NCBI RefSeq assembly: GCF_006345805.1
Contig: NC_043007.1
Coordinates: 28,272,001-28,336,000 of the forward strand
Length of the DNA stretch: 64,000 nucleotides
Source: Octopus sinensis
Taxonomy: Eukaryota
Direction of reading: 5' to 3'
Position numbers and translations under genes: made by a program. The stretch's first letter is position 1, and each line of letters starts with the position of its first letter. Positions 1-12,647 of the stretch are shown here, piece by piece. The notes under the pieces were generated by a model that was not told where the DNA came from, searched no databases, and saw only the letters and a list, made by a program, of their open reading frames with translations.

Positions 1-986
1 AGTGCATTGACAAACCAAAAGATAATGATCATGAAAAATTATATAGTGGCAATAATGGATTGTTTCCTTGACAGAAGAATGGTTTGAATAAAACACATTC
101 ATTGGCAGAAACAGCACAGTGCCAAACTGAATTTGGTTCAAGTTATCAACCAACAAGTTTTGTTGGGTAGGAAGGAATTATAAAACATTTGCTTCCATAG
201 TAACAAGAGTAAACAAAAGAGAGTCTTTAGCAAAAACTCAACAAACACATCCAAAATTTAAAACTAAATCACAGAATTCAAACTGATTTTTAACTAGCAC
301 ATATACTGTTGTTATTTTCTGACCAATAAATATTATTTTGAATTTAATTCTGCTTTAATGAAATAATTCAGATCAAAATAACCATATGTAGTCATAATGA
401 ATGTAACTAAATCTCACGTTACATGTGAGACACTATAGTGACCAATGTGTCATCACAATTTCTTATTTAAACAATATTAATAAACATGTCATGACTGCTA
501 CATCACAGAATTCATTTATACACAGTGAACTACATATATTCCAGGAATATACTTCAGATCCAAGTATACCACATTTCATTCTTACAAATGTATAAAATAT
601 ATGCATGCATGCACATTTATGCATTGCAAGTACGATATTTAGAAAATATCTAATGTTTAATAAGCATGCTATTCTTAGTTTTTTATGACCATTTTACAGC
701 TATTCAGAAAAAGAAAATTGTTATGGCTTCGTGTATGCGTGAATTATGCAACAGAATGAGTCACAGTTCTAAAGTAAAACAGTACCCTAAGAATCACATC
801 TGCCATCTACATACAAAAGGGGAGAACTATTTTCTATCTGCCTTCAATGTGCCAGTTACTTTCAGACAATCCCAAAACAAAAAATCAAAAAACAAATTCT
901 GTTGGACAAGCTCTGGGAAATGGCATGACTATCAAATTGGCTCGTTCAATGATTGCCTGTATGTCTTCCCCCATAATTAATAATAA

Positions 987-1892
987 CTAGCAGTATAACC
1001 CGGCCTTGCCCGGGATTAAGTTACGGTTATTAAGCTAATCAAGTTCTTTATTTCAAACCAAACTAAGTAATATCGATGTCAAATTTGGGCGAAATCCGTT
1101 GAAATTGGTTATATCATATATATATTGTATATATATATTATATATATATATTATATATATAAAATATAATATAATATAAATATATATGGGCAACGACACG
1201 AACACACATACGTACATACACCTATTGCATGTTTTGTGCATGCATAGATGTTCATAAACAGAAATGAATGGAAAAAATGTTGTTGAATTTATAGATTAAC
1301 ACTCGCACGATTTTCACTAAGAAAAAAAATCGTTTTTTTTTTTGCATGGAATCAACTACTCTGGTATCCTAATATGCTACAAAACCCTATTTGTGGTCCA
1401 TGAAACGGTGTGGGGTGTGGTGGAAGCCTCGGAAATTGTACCTGTGTATATTGTGTAATTCACTGACAAATTGTTACCTCTTTCTTTCTTTGTTGTTAAA
1501 TACATGGATTCTCAACAAAACACTTTTTTACTTGGCGTAAAATAAAAACAAAACTCTTTCGCACCCAAAGTAATGTGTGTGAGAGAGAGAGAGAGAGGCA
1601 GGGAGAAAGATGAACGATTTAAAATAAATAAATGATTTAAAATAAATATATTGTAATTGTTGTGTGAGAAAGTATAATACTATGATTATAAAATATAGTG
1701 TCTTTCAAAAATATCCTGAATTTGAACACTATATCTCGTGTTTAAGAAAAAACAAAACATTTTACATTTTATTTTTATGAACGTCGTCACTTACTCTCTC
1801 TCTCCCTCTCTCACGTCCTTCTCATGAAACTCTCTGCCGCCTTCTTCCAAGATTGTGCCATTCTTTTCCATCTGTGCCTTTAGTAGAAAGGA
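987..1892 (-). mobile_element. Non-autonomous Helitron-like element
   Basis: Minus strand begins A|TCCTTTCTACTA and ends with hairpin CCCGG-gcaagg-CCGGG followed by CTAG|T. Internal part is homologous to 44040-44520. Confidence 0.7.
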
Positions 1893-1900
1893 TTATTATT

Positions 1901-2085
1901 AAGATGTTAGCAAACCAGAGAAGATGCTTAGTGGCATTTTGTCCGTTTTCATATTCTGAGTCTAAATTCCACCAAGGTTGACTTTGCCTTTCATCTTTTG
2001 GTGGGGCTTAATAAAATAAGTACTAGTTGGGTACTGGGGATTCATGTAACAGACTAATCTCAAAATTTCAGGCCTTATGCCTACC
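1901..2085 (+). mobile_element. tRNA-derived SINE, degenerate
   Basis: Shares ttctgagt(t)caaattcc..gactttgcctttcatc with the copies at 2528, 6225, 6425, 36426 and 45470. Confidence 0.65.
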
Positions 2086-2523
2086 AGTTTCGCATAACAA
2101 GCCCCAGCCCATTCAAAAGTACCTTGGATCCTAGGGCGACCTGCTGTGCTTGAGGAGACCTAATGAGTTAAGTACATTAACATCAAAATGAAAATCAAAT
2201 GGTAATTGTAGTTGTGATACTCATGCCAGTGACACGTAAAAAACACCATCCAAACGTGGCAGATGTCAGCGCCGGCTTGACTGGCTTGCATGCCAGTGAC
2301 ATGTAAAAACCACCAACTGATCATGGCCGTTGCCAGCTTCCTCTGGCCCCTGTGCTGGTGGCATATAAAAAGCACCTACTACACTCTCAGAGTGGCTGGT
2401 GTTAGAAGGGCATCCTGCTGTAGAAACACTGCCAGATCAGACAGGAGCCTGGTGCAGCTTCCTGGCTTTCCACACCCCAGTCATGCTAGCATGGAAAACA
2501 GACGTTAAATGATGATGATGATT
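2086..2523 (+). mobile_element. RTE LINE 3' UTR/tail
   Basis: Colinear with 42180-42625; ends catgctagcatgg...(GAT)n. Confidence 0.8.
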
Positions 2524-2527
2524 ATTA

Positions 2528-2750
2528 TTAAGGTAGTGAACTGGCAGAATCATTAGCACACTTCACAATATGCTTAGCAGCATTTCTTCTGACTTATCAT
2601 TCTAAGTTCAAACTCTGCCAGGGTCAACTTTACCTTTTATCCTTTCAGGTACAATAAAATAAGTACCTGTTCTGCAGTTGACATAACTTACTTGACCCCT
2701 GCCTCGAAATTTTAGGCTTTGCACCTATAGTAGAAAAGATAATTACTATT
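2528..2750 (+). mobile_element. tRNA-derived SINE
   Basis: Head aaggtagtgaactggcagaat, B-box-like gttcaaa, tail cctatagtagaaaagat-(TAT)n. Confidence 0.7.
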
Positions 2751-2754
2751 ATTA

Positions 2755-3045
2755 TCTATTCTTTTAATCTCGGGTTTTGTTGTAATTCCTGGACTCTTGC
2801 ATGCACAGCAGGCTTGCTACCTGCAGCCTACGGCACTATGCTATTCATTCTTTTCAGCTATCTAATACTTTCCTGATTATTCTGGCTATGCCAAGGAGGC
2901 AAACCTTTTGTAACAGTTCTACTGGACACTCTATTCCAATTTCTTTTGCCTTCTGATACTGTTCCCAAGAACCCAACAATAATTGGCACGATCTTCACCT
3001 TCTTCAGTTTCCATAGCCGGGTTATTTCATAATTAAGGGGATTAT
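2755..3045 (-). mobile_element. R4/Dong-like LINE 3' fragment
   Basis: YEITRLWKLKKVKIVPIIVGFLGTV is the restriction-like endonuclease C-terminus; abuts (TAA)n. Confidence 0.65.
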
Positions 3046-3046
3046 T

Positions 3047-3345
3047 AGTATTGAGTGAGAGAGTAGTGCATGTCATCAAAGTGACACTGGAGTAAAATAT
3101 ATAAAGCCCAGTATACCCATCATGACTACCCCTCTGATAAGGGTACACCAGGCACATGCATCACAACCATATGTGTGCAACATGGTGATCTCACATCAAG
3201 GTAAACAGCACATGACCTTGCAGGTGGGACCAAGTTAGAATTTTCTTCAGGTCAAGTAGCCCCTCCTGCTCAAAAGGTCCCTGAATAAAGGTCACTTAAG
3301 GATGTTGAATGAAACACCCGTTTCCAAGAATTATTCAAACTCTAC
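3047..3345 (+). repeat. Dispersed repeat, partial copy of 24005-24497
   Basis: Reverse-complement homology to 24250-24497. Confidence 0.7.
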
Positions 3346-3346
3346 A

Positions 3347-5830
3347 TTATTATTATTGCTTTTATTACTTTGTCATGCAATGTAAATGGAAAATGCACAG
3401 GAGTTTTTAGTCATCTGTCAAATCACTACAAGGACCTCGGACAGACCATAATTTCCTTAAAATGTGTGCAATACCTAACAAAGCTGATTTTTGTACAACA
3501 CCAATCTCGCATGGTATTCTCAACTGCTTTAAGAAGTCTTGAAGTTTCAGTGGGATTGATCTGAATGCCCTGATCACAACTGGTATCACCTCTACTTTCA
3601 GTTTGGAATACTTGCAGACTTTTTCTTGCAATATTCATGTCATCTGGTATGGCCAAATCAATGATCTGACAGTATTTGTCTTTCTTGTTCAATACAACCA
3701 TATCTGGTCAGTGATTCTCAATTACCCTATCAGTCAGAAAATCATAATCCCAGAATGTCACTGCTTTCCTAACTTCCAGCATTACATATTCTAGGTACAT
3801 ACTCATACCAGTTCTTTGTTAGTCTGTATTGCTATTTACAATAAAAAGCCAATGTAAGTACAAATGGCACTTGTATTCTTTTTGCATAAGGCTCTCACAT
3901 CTACTTACCAAGTAGGTTACATTTTCAACATCCTTTCCACAGAGTCTGCATTTCTGGGTGTCAGATGTTTTGTAGATATTACTCTTCACCAAAATGATAG
4001 CAAAAATTTAATTTGCTCCAGTGCTGCAATTATAAGGCTTTTAGTGGTAGGCTTTAAATTGCCTTGCTTAAGCCATATCCATAATGTTTTTTATCCTTGA
4101 TAATCTGTGCATTTCTTTCAAAATGACCATGCATTCTCATTTTCTGAATACTTTTTCTCTTCTCTTCAACTCTTTGGCTAAAAGGTCCCTTACCAAAGAT
4201 TTCACCTGCATTTATATCCATATCTTCTGCTGCATATTGTAGCAGCCCTTCTTCACAGTTTACCAAATATTCTACATTCTCCTTTCACTCCTTATACAGT
4301 AATCTACATAGTAGAGACATCTACCATCATTCTTTCTTTTTGTGTACAATCTATTTATATTTGCATTCGAATATAAAGCTCTATACAATGTCATTAACTT
4401 TTCTGTCTTTTTATCCAGCTTTGAATTTTCTTCTCCAGTCCACCTGAGGATGGATACACTCTAGCTGACCACTGCAGCTACCCAAATATTCATTGCAGTG
4501 AATAGATTTCTCACATTCAGGCTGGATTTTAAAGTCATTTTTACTCTATTTAAATACATCTCCCTGATATTTTCTTCCATTTCTGCATGTAAAATATCCA
4601 GTTCTAAAATCCCCAAATACTTCTATCCACTATCATCTAGTTCCTTAAGGGTTTCTTTCAATGGTAGCCATAATCCATTACACACAGCTTTCTTCCCTCT
4701 TTTTATATTGAGTTCAGAGCACTTCAAAATCTTAAATTCCATACCGATGTCGCTACTACATACTTGGACTGTTTTAACCAAATAATCTTTCAGACTTCCC
4801 CAACAGTTTCAGGTCATCCATTGACAGAAGATTGTTTAAGAATGGTCCCTTCTTTCCCCATTGGTAACCGATTTCAACTTTCCTAAGTGTCAGTGTTATA
4901 GGCATAAGTGCTATAACAAACTGTAAAGGGGAAAAGAAGTCACTTTGAAAAATACTCCTTTTAATTTCTACTTCTCCAAGGAATACATTGCTTACCAGGC
5001 CACAGACACGTTGGTATGATGTTTTTTACAATGCCTCAAAACTGTCTTATTGATAACCAGGTGATCCTTGGTACCCTGAAATCTCTTCCTACAGCCTTTT
5101 CTTTTCCCTTGGTAATATTTCTTCTTATAAAAGCAAAGTATATGCCTTCTCCATAAATATTCCAGTAAGTACTTTCCATTATGTTCAGGCATGCTATAGG
5201 ATGGTAGTTTCCCACAACTTTCCCCCTACCTGCATCTTTCAAAAGGGAACCGCATCTGTCTGGACACATTCTTTCAATTGAGTTGCCAGTCTTTCATGAA
5301 CCACATTTTATCTCTTGAACCAAAAGCCATAGATCTCATCTGGACTGGGAGTTTTCCAGTTTAGTTTCTTGGCCATTTGATTCTTCACATCAACTGTGCT
5401 TATGGTAATAGCTTTGTCTCTATTTCTTCTTCACAATTCTGTCTTGATGGTTTCTATTCCCTTGGTATCTCTTCTATGCATCACAGTGTTTCCTCATATT
5501 CCATTCCAGAACTTTCTGACATTGAAAACACATTCTTTTCCATTCAAAAGTTTCCACAGCTTCCTTTCAGTTTTGCTCTTTCATGATATTCAAGAAGTGC
5601 CACAGACTCTTACTTCATCCCTTTGTGTTTAGCTGTGGGAACGTTTTGTAAGTAATATATTGCTTAAAATGGTTATCTGGAGCCAAATCCCTTCCCCTGT
5701 TAAGGGGGACTTGAGACATGTTGGTCAAGAGACCTTCACCAAAATTGCTTCCAGTTTCATTCATGCCATTAACTATTTCATTATTGTTTAGCATTATGAT
5801 TCCATGAGAATGGTTTATGGGGTTTTCCCA
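3347..5830 (-). mobile_element. Decayed R4/Dong-clade LINE (RT plus restriction-like endonuclease)
   Basis: NYHPIACL, GTKDHLVINK, LSMDDLKL (RT) and PDMVVLNKKDKYCQIIDLAIP (PD..D RLE); many frameshifts; 3' end at (TAA)n. Confidence 0.8.
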
Positions 5831-5879
5831 TGAATATTTTTATTGAAATACCATCTCTATATAACCTTACCAGGATAAA

Positions 5880-6215
5880 TTATTATTGTTCCTGTGTGCC
5901 AGGCTGTGTTGTTGTTACTGCTACTACTGTTATTGCTCCTGTTTCCTTTTGTTACTACTGTCACTGTCAGATATGTTACTACTGCCTTGGTTTTCGTAGT
6001 AGAGGTGCAGTTGTGGAGTAGTTGTTGTTGAGCAACAGTTCTTCCATGTGCTTCTTGAGGGGGGGGGGAAATGCTGGTAGCAGTACTTTTTTAAATGCTC
6101 CTGTGGTGTTGAAGATGGAGTAGTGGTGAAGATGAAGGTAGTGATGGAGTAGTGGTGGTGGTGATGGTGATTATTATTATTAATATTAAAAAGGAGAGGC
6201 AGAAAAGGAGGAGGA
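5880..6215. repeat. Degenerate trinucleotide low-complexity tract
   Basis: Runs of TGT, TAC, GTG and TAT. Confidence 0.6.
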
Positions 6216-6224
6216 AAGTTGACT

Positions 6225-6615
6225 AAAAAGGGGCACACCAGACATAATGCTTGCAACATTTCTTCCAGCTTTATGTTTTGTGTTCAAATTCTGCCAAGGT
6301 CGATTTTTGCCATCATCCTTTTGGGGTCAATATAATAAAGTACCAGTCATATAACTACGACTGATGTAATCGACTAAGCCCTTCCTTCTAAAAACTACTC
6401 ATTGCTTACCAAATTTGAAACTATTAAGGTGACAGACTGGTAGAATCATTTGTGAATGGGATATAATACTTATAGGCATTTCTTCCAGTTTTACATTCTG
6501 AGTTCAAATTCTGCCAAGGTTGACTTTGCCTTTCATCCTTTAGGATTGATAAAATAAGTACCGGTTAAACACAAAAGTCAATGTAAGTTGTGCCTATATT
6601 AGAAAGAATTATGAT
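6225..6615 (+). mobile_element. Two tandem SINE copies
   Basis: gttcaaattctgccaaggt...catcctt occurs twice. Confidence 0.65.
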
Positions 6616-7599
6616 TATTCTAATTAATATTATTATTATTTTGTATTAAGTGTGGGGGCTTCATCTGTTATTAAAGCTTGATCAAACTCCATCTTCAGCA
6701 CTCCCAAGCCACCAGCCTGTTCCACATATGACATTAATATATATTGGAGTCTAGGCTATTTGGATGAGAGAGTGTGACAGGTGACACAAGCCCATACCAC
6801 TTAAAACAAATTCATTGTGTAGGTACTTTGAATACAAATTGAAAGTCCTATGATGGCAGGAACAAGCAGAGTGTTGCTGGAAGTTCCTAGCCAGAGTCTT
6901 ACATATAGGTGGCACAGAGGGTGATGGCCATCACTTTGTGGAATCCAAAAGCATCTGCAAGATTCATATTTTCCTTTGTGTGGCAAGCAATCCTATCTAG
7001 GTGTAACACTACTTCTCTGATATCGGAGGTGGAGTGAGAAAAGGAACCCTAAAGAAAAGTCTTGCTTTCAATAAGCTTGGCATTAACTGCAGATATTTCT
7101 GGTAATCTAGTTTATTACAGTTGAGATAAAAATAAGAAAAAGAAACATGCTCATCTTTGGTTGTTGGACTGTAAGAATTTAATAAGACAGCAAAGACAGT
7201 CTAGAATGAAAAATAATACTAACTGCAAAGGTAACTGGTTCCTATGATATTGATATTGCTGTTCTGAGTGAAACCAGGTTTGTAGACACTGGTGAATGAG
7301 AAGTTTGGAAGAGGCTATACATTTTTGGGGGAGTGGAAAGCCGGCAAATAAATCAAGAATTTATGGTGTTGGCTTTGCTATTAAATCAACTCTACATTGC
7401 ATGTTGCCATCCATCCCTCAAGCTGTTGATTAGCATCTCATGACATTCCGTATACCCATAGGCAATTCCTCATCACTGCACATTATCAGTGCATATACAC
7501 CTACTTTTTCAGCATCCAAACAAGAACACATCTACTCTGAATTACAGACAGTTGTCAATAAAATTTCATATCATGACAAAGCCATATTAATGGACAATT

Positions 7600-8025
7600 G
7601 GATCTTTTCGGTTTGACCGGCAGTTTTTTCTAGCGGTGTCATATGAAATTGTCACCTATAATTATGACCCTAGTATCGATCTATTGCATTTCAATCTGTT
7701 TTAAGGTTAGGGTTAGTTAGGGTTAGGGGTGGGGGGAAAGGTATCTTTATTTATTCAGAAATGTAAATAAACCCAATCTGTTTCTTAAACGAGGGACATA
7801 TTCATACGGCACAGAATGTTTTCACCTCAATAGACGTCATTGATTGGTTGAAATTGCAGAAATTGAAGAGAAAAAACAATAAATATCTTACAAACTATAG
7901 GATTTTCTCAATAAAGCCAAGAGAAAAAATGTTTTATAAATACATTCTACTAGTATACGAAGTTTAAAAGTGTTTAGTTACGTGGAAATTATTTTAAAAA
8001 ACTGCCGGTCAAACTGAAAAGATCC
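7600..8025. mobile_element. MITE, 30-bp TIR, 8-bp TSD (Merlin-like)
   Basis: TIR GGATCTTTTC(G/A)GTTTGACCGGCAGTTTTTT; TSD GGACAATT at 7592-7599 and 8026-8033; removing it restores the host LINE motif. Confidence 0.9.
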
Positions 8026-8179
8026 GGACAATTTTAATGCCAGAACAGATAACACACACAGTGTGATCAAAAGTAATAGGAAAACATGGAACATGAAAGA
8101 TGAATGCAAATGGTTTATGACTGCTGTCAACAGTTTGGTCAATCACAAAAAAAAGTGTTTCAGCAAGCAGATAAATACA

Positions 8180-8897
8180 AAAAAACCACATGAAACATTG
8201 GAGCTCACAGAGGTGATGACAAGGACTGAGAGCTCTGGCAATACGCTGTGTGGGAGAAGACTTGTCAGGCCAAATGAAATTATAGTTGTGGCCATGCCAG
8301 TGTCATGTAAATGGCACCTGTGAATCGTAGTCGTTCATTGCCAGTGCTGTATAAATGACACCCATGCATCATAGTTGAGGTTGTTGACGGTACTATGTAC
8401 ATGGCACCTGTGAATTGTTGCAGTTGATGCCAGTGCCATGCAAATGACACCTGTGCATTGTAGTCATGGTCATTGAGGGTATCCTGTACATTGGCACCTG
8501 GGAATCATGATCGTTGGTGGTTCCATGTCAACAGCACCCATGAGTTGTAGTTATTGCATATGGCACCCATGAATTGTCATGGTCACTGCTGGTGCCATGC
8601 AAATGACACCTGTGCATTGCAGTTGTGGCCGTTGCCAGGACAATGTAAATGGCACCCACTTGTCAATCATAGTCATGGTTGTTGCCTACATCATTTAAAT
8701 GGCACCTGTGCTGGTGGCACATAAAAACATCCATTACATTCCTGGAGTGGCTGGTGTTAGGAATGGCATCCAGCTGAAGAAACCCTACCAAATAAGACAA
8801 GAACCTGGTGCAGCTCTCCATCAACTCCAGTCAAATTGTCTAACCCATGCTAGCATGGAGAGCAGACATTAAACAATGATTGTGGTGATGGTGATGA
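8180..8897 (+). mobile_element. RTE 3' end with degenerate ~42-bp tandem array
   Basis: Repeated atggcacctgtg units at 8290-8720, then the conserved tail. Confidence 0.75.
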
Positions 8898-9029
8898 AAA
8901 CATCACCAATCTGCTAAGTGGCACATGCTTGACTATATCATAACTAATAGCAAAGATTGCATTGACTTCAGATGAACCAGAGCTCATAAAACTATTGAGT
9001 GTTGGATCACAGAATGGTTTACACTAAGG

Positions 9030-9343
9030 AAGCGCTGGCCAACCTGAGGCTTTTTGCAACCTGCTTGATACTTTCTTGAAGTATTGTGTTTAATTTCAAA
9101 ATAGTTTCATTATTGTTAGTGTAAAATTGTTTGTGTAAAACATTTGTTTCAAAATTAAAATTTATAAATGGCAATAAAGCAATAGCCTACAATTTTATAA
9201 TTTTAAACAAACGAAAAGTATGAAAAATTCTTGATTCTGTAATTTGATTATTTGACTATTAGAGCATAAAGTATACAAGCAGCCCTTAAAAAACTTTCTC
9301 TGATTAAAGTGGCCTGCTATGTAATTTGAGTTGGCCAGACCTA
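9030..9343. mobile_element. hAT (Buster/Charlie-type) MITE
   Basis: TIRs aagcgCTGGCCAAC / taggtCTGGCCAAC; 8-bp TSD CACTAAGG with central TA at 9022-9029 and 9344-9351. Confidence 0.85.
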
Positions 9344-9931
9344 CACTAAGGTGTTTACTAAACCATATGCAAAGAGGCCACTGAGATCTAATATACCTCC
9401 AAGAATAATTGTGCCTTCTTCAAAAAAATTCAGAAATAACAAAGTATTTTGAAATGTTTGTAAATTCAAAACTTGAGAATATAGATGAAAGCAAAGATAC
9501 TGAAGTTTTGTGGCATAATATTCAAGACAGTGTCACATCATCTGCTGAAGTTCTAGGATTCATCAAATGCAAGACAGGTTCAATAAAGATGATTCTCAAA
9601 TCAAACCTCTCCTAGAAATTGTGCAGAGAAAACACAAGCCATGGATTTCAAACAATAACTCAGATTCCTATACATCTCCTCTAAGATGTAAGATGAAAAA
9701 TTCTTGGTGGGCAAAAAAAAAAAAGCCCCAAGAATTGGAACAGGCTGCTAACTTGCAGCCTGAGAGCATTGCATGACAATATGAAAGGTGTATTTGGTCC
9801 AAAAAAGGGCAGCACAGAACTATTCTTCCTAACAATGGGTCAAAATACTTAAGTAGCAAAGATGAAAAGAGAGGCTGAATACTTGAAATCTGTATGAAAT
9901 CAAGAATCCACTACCAATCCTGAAGAGATCA

Positions 9932-11508
9932 ACATCATCATCATCATTATCATTTAACATCTGCTTTCCATGCTAGCATGGGTTGGATAGTTTGACTGAT
10001 GACTGGCAAGCCAGGAGGCTGCACCAGGCTCCTATCTGATCTGGCAAGGTTTCTACAGCTGGATGCCCTTCCTAACGCCAACCACTCCGAGAGTGTAGTG
10101 GGTGCTTTTTATGTACCACCAGCATGGGAGCCAGTCAGGCAGCACTGGCATCGAACATATTCAAATGGGGCTTTTTTATGTGCCACCAGCATGCGAGCAA
10201 GTCATTGACCACACTTGAATGGTGCTTTTTAAATGCCAGTCAGGTGACACTGGCATCAGTCATGCTCAAATGGTACATTTTATGTGCCACGAGCATGGGT
10301 GCCAGTCAGGTGGCACTGGCATTGACCACACTTAAATGGTGCTTTTCATGTGCCACCAACATGGGTGCTAGTCAGGTGGCACTGACATCGGCCACGACTA
10401 TGATTGATTTCACTTGACACAAAAGATCTTCTCAAGCACATTTAATAGGGCCAGTTATGTGACACTGGCATTGGCCATAGCTATGATCTCACTTGGCTTG
10501 CCAGGTCTTCTGAAGCACAGCATATCTCATACAGTTTATTGTCTCTTTGAACATTACAGCTTGCTGTCTCATTGTGAACACTACAACCTATTGTCAATGT
10601 GTGGATCCTATTGTCAATGTGTGGAGGGTCTTGATCACTTGTCATAGCCTTTGTAAAGCCCAACATTGAAAGGTCATGCTTCATCACCTCATCCCATGTC
10701 TTCTTGGGTCTACCTCTTCCATGTTCCCTCCACTGTTAGAGTGTGAAACTTCTTCACACAACTGCCCTCGTCCATATGCAACACATGACCATGCCAGCAT
10801 AGTCATATCTCTTGCATACCAGATCTGATGCTTTTTATGTCCAACTTTTCTCTCAGGGTGCTTACTCTTTGTCGTGTATGCACACTGACATTACACATCC
10901 AGTGGATCATACTAACTTCATTTCTTTCAAGCCTACACATGTTCTCAGTAATCACAGCCCATGTTTCACTGCCATGTAGCATAGCTGTTTGCAGACATGC
11001 ATCATACAATCTACCTTTCTCTCTGAGTGAGAGGCCCTTTGTTACCAGCAGAGATAGGAGCTCTCTGAGCTTTGCTCAGCTTATTCTTATTCTTGCAGCT
11101 ACACACTTCTACTAACTTGGTCACTTTGGTAACGGAAGCTATCAACTACTTGATTTTTCTCCTTAGCAAATAATGCAGTTTGTTTTCTGTACATCATTGC
11201 TGTTTATTGCTCCTGTGCACTTGCCACATATAAAATAACTATCTTCCCCGTTAACCTTCCTTTGATATTGCTGCACCTCTTAAGTGTCTGTATTTTACAC
11301 CAGGTACATCTTATAGAGTTTCTACCTATGCCTTTTCTACAGACTGAACAGGCCCATCTACTTGACTGGATTTGTGATTTGTCTACCTTTCTACTTACTA
11401 AGACTTTGGTTTTTGTTAGATTGACCTTAAGGCCCTTTGATTCTAGACCTTTCTTCCATACTTGAAATTTCTTCTCTAGTTCTGGTAGTGACTCAGCTAT
11501 TAGAGCAA
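9932..11508 (-). mobile_element. RTE-PHD LINE, 5'-truncated
   Basis: YDAC..AMLHGSETW and Cys-rich motif; (CAT)n tail at 9932. Confidence 0.9.
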
Positions 11509-11509
11509 C

Positions 11510-12265
11510 AACAGATTGTACTGTTCAAAGAAACAAGAAGCCACAGTGTTCACAAAAAGACAACAGGTTGTAGGATCCACACATTGACAATAGGTTGCAG
11601 TGTTCACAATGAGATGACAGGTTTTAGGGTTCACAATGAGATGACAGGCTTTAGTGTTCACAATGAGACAGCAAGCTGTAATGTTCAAAGAGACAACAAG
11701 CTGTAGTGTTCACAGACAACAGACTGAAGTGTCTACAGAGGTACAGACTTGACTATCCAGAGATGACAACAGACTAGTATCCTCAGGATCAACAGACTTG
11801 TATTCAAAGACACAAAGTAAATTGTTAACTGATAAAATTATCTCTACAGAGATAACAAACTTCAGTTTCCATCAAAGCAATAAATTGTAATGTTCATGCA
11901 CACAAACTGAAATGTTCAGACACAAAATAAACTGAAGTTGTGACTGAGATAACAGACTGTAGTGTTACAGAGTAGACATAACTATAATTTTCACAGAGAC
12001 AAGACATTAATGTCATAGACACCTAACTAGTATTACAGACATGACACTGTCATGATAAAAAGGCAACAGACATTAGTGTCATTGATATAACAAACAGGAC
12101 ATTTCACAAAAACAGACTGTAGTATTTATAGAGGGAACAGACTATTATTCTCAGGGAAAACAGACTGCAGTGTCTACAGATACACTTTTATTCCATGCCA
12201 CAACAATAATAATCTGTTGCCACAAAAACAACAGGTTATATTGTCCCAAACACAGCAATAAGACT
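11510..12265. repeat. Degenerate ~25-27-bp minisatellite
   Basis: Recurrent gttcacaatgagatgacagg and cagactgtagt units. Confidence 0.7.
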
Positions 12266-12359
12266 TTTAGAGCTTTCTGGTTATATTTATTTGATCTTAA
12301 AACAATAACATTTAAAACTAGTATACATAGAACAGAGGTGATATAATTTTATAACTCAC

Positions 12360-12490
12360 TGTGGATGTTAATCCAATTTTAGAAACAACAACTCCTTTGA
12401 GTCGTCTAAATTTCTTCTGAACTGCATGTGAAGAGATACTGGCAAGTCTATCGCGGAAGCTAGCACTATTGGGTCGAAGATATTTAGTGA
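12360..12490 (-). CDS. RhoGEF coding exon 6 (DH-to-BAR linker); gene continues beyond the traced region
   Basis: ttcag/gtgagt-bounded, 131 nt; (V)TKYLRPNSASFRDRLASISSHAVQKKFRRLKGVVVSKIGLTST, resembling the post-DH KY..KL..HS..KK.xR segment of DNMBP/ARHGEF37/38; phase 1 matches exon 5. Confidence 0.85.
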
Positions 12491-12647
12491 CTGAAAAATA
12501 AAAGTTTAACAACATTTACATTATTTAAAAAGTTACAATAGATATTTTTGTAAATTGGCAGAAATAGTTGTTTGGTGGACTAATGAAGTTAAGCCTTTAG
12601 GTGGATTTCATATTCAGATCCTGGTGAGCTCTACTTTGTCTTTTAAC

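Larger units (their letters stand above)
6650..9930 (+). mobile_element. Decayed RTE (BovB-like) LINE, 5' half, with nested insertions
   Basis: APE endonuclease motifs DIDIAVLSETRF, GVGFAIK and MDNFNAR (rejoined across the MITE); linker WWAKK..ELEQAA. Similar to 57403-59048. Confidence 0.7.

Noticed and set aside
11510-12265. CRISPR-like repeat array
   Set aside because: Degenerate tandem minisatellite without unique spacers or cas genes, in a eukaryotic context.
1-12359. Downstream BAR/SH3 exons of the RhoGEF
   Set aside because: No convincing splice-bounded in-phase exon found by eye; probably outside the window or missed.
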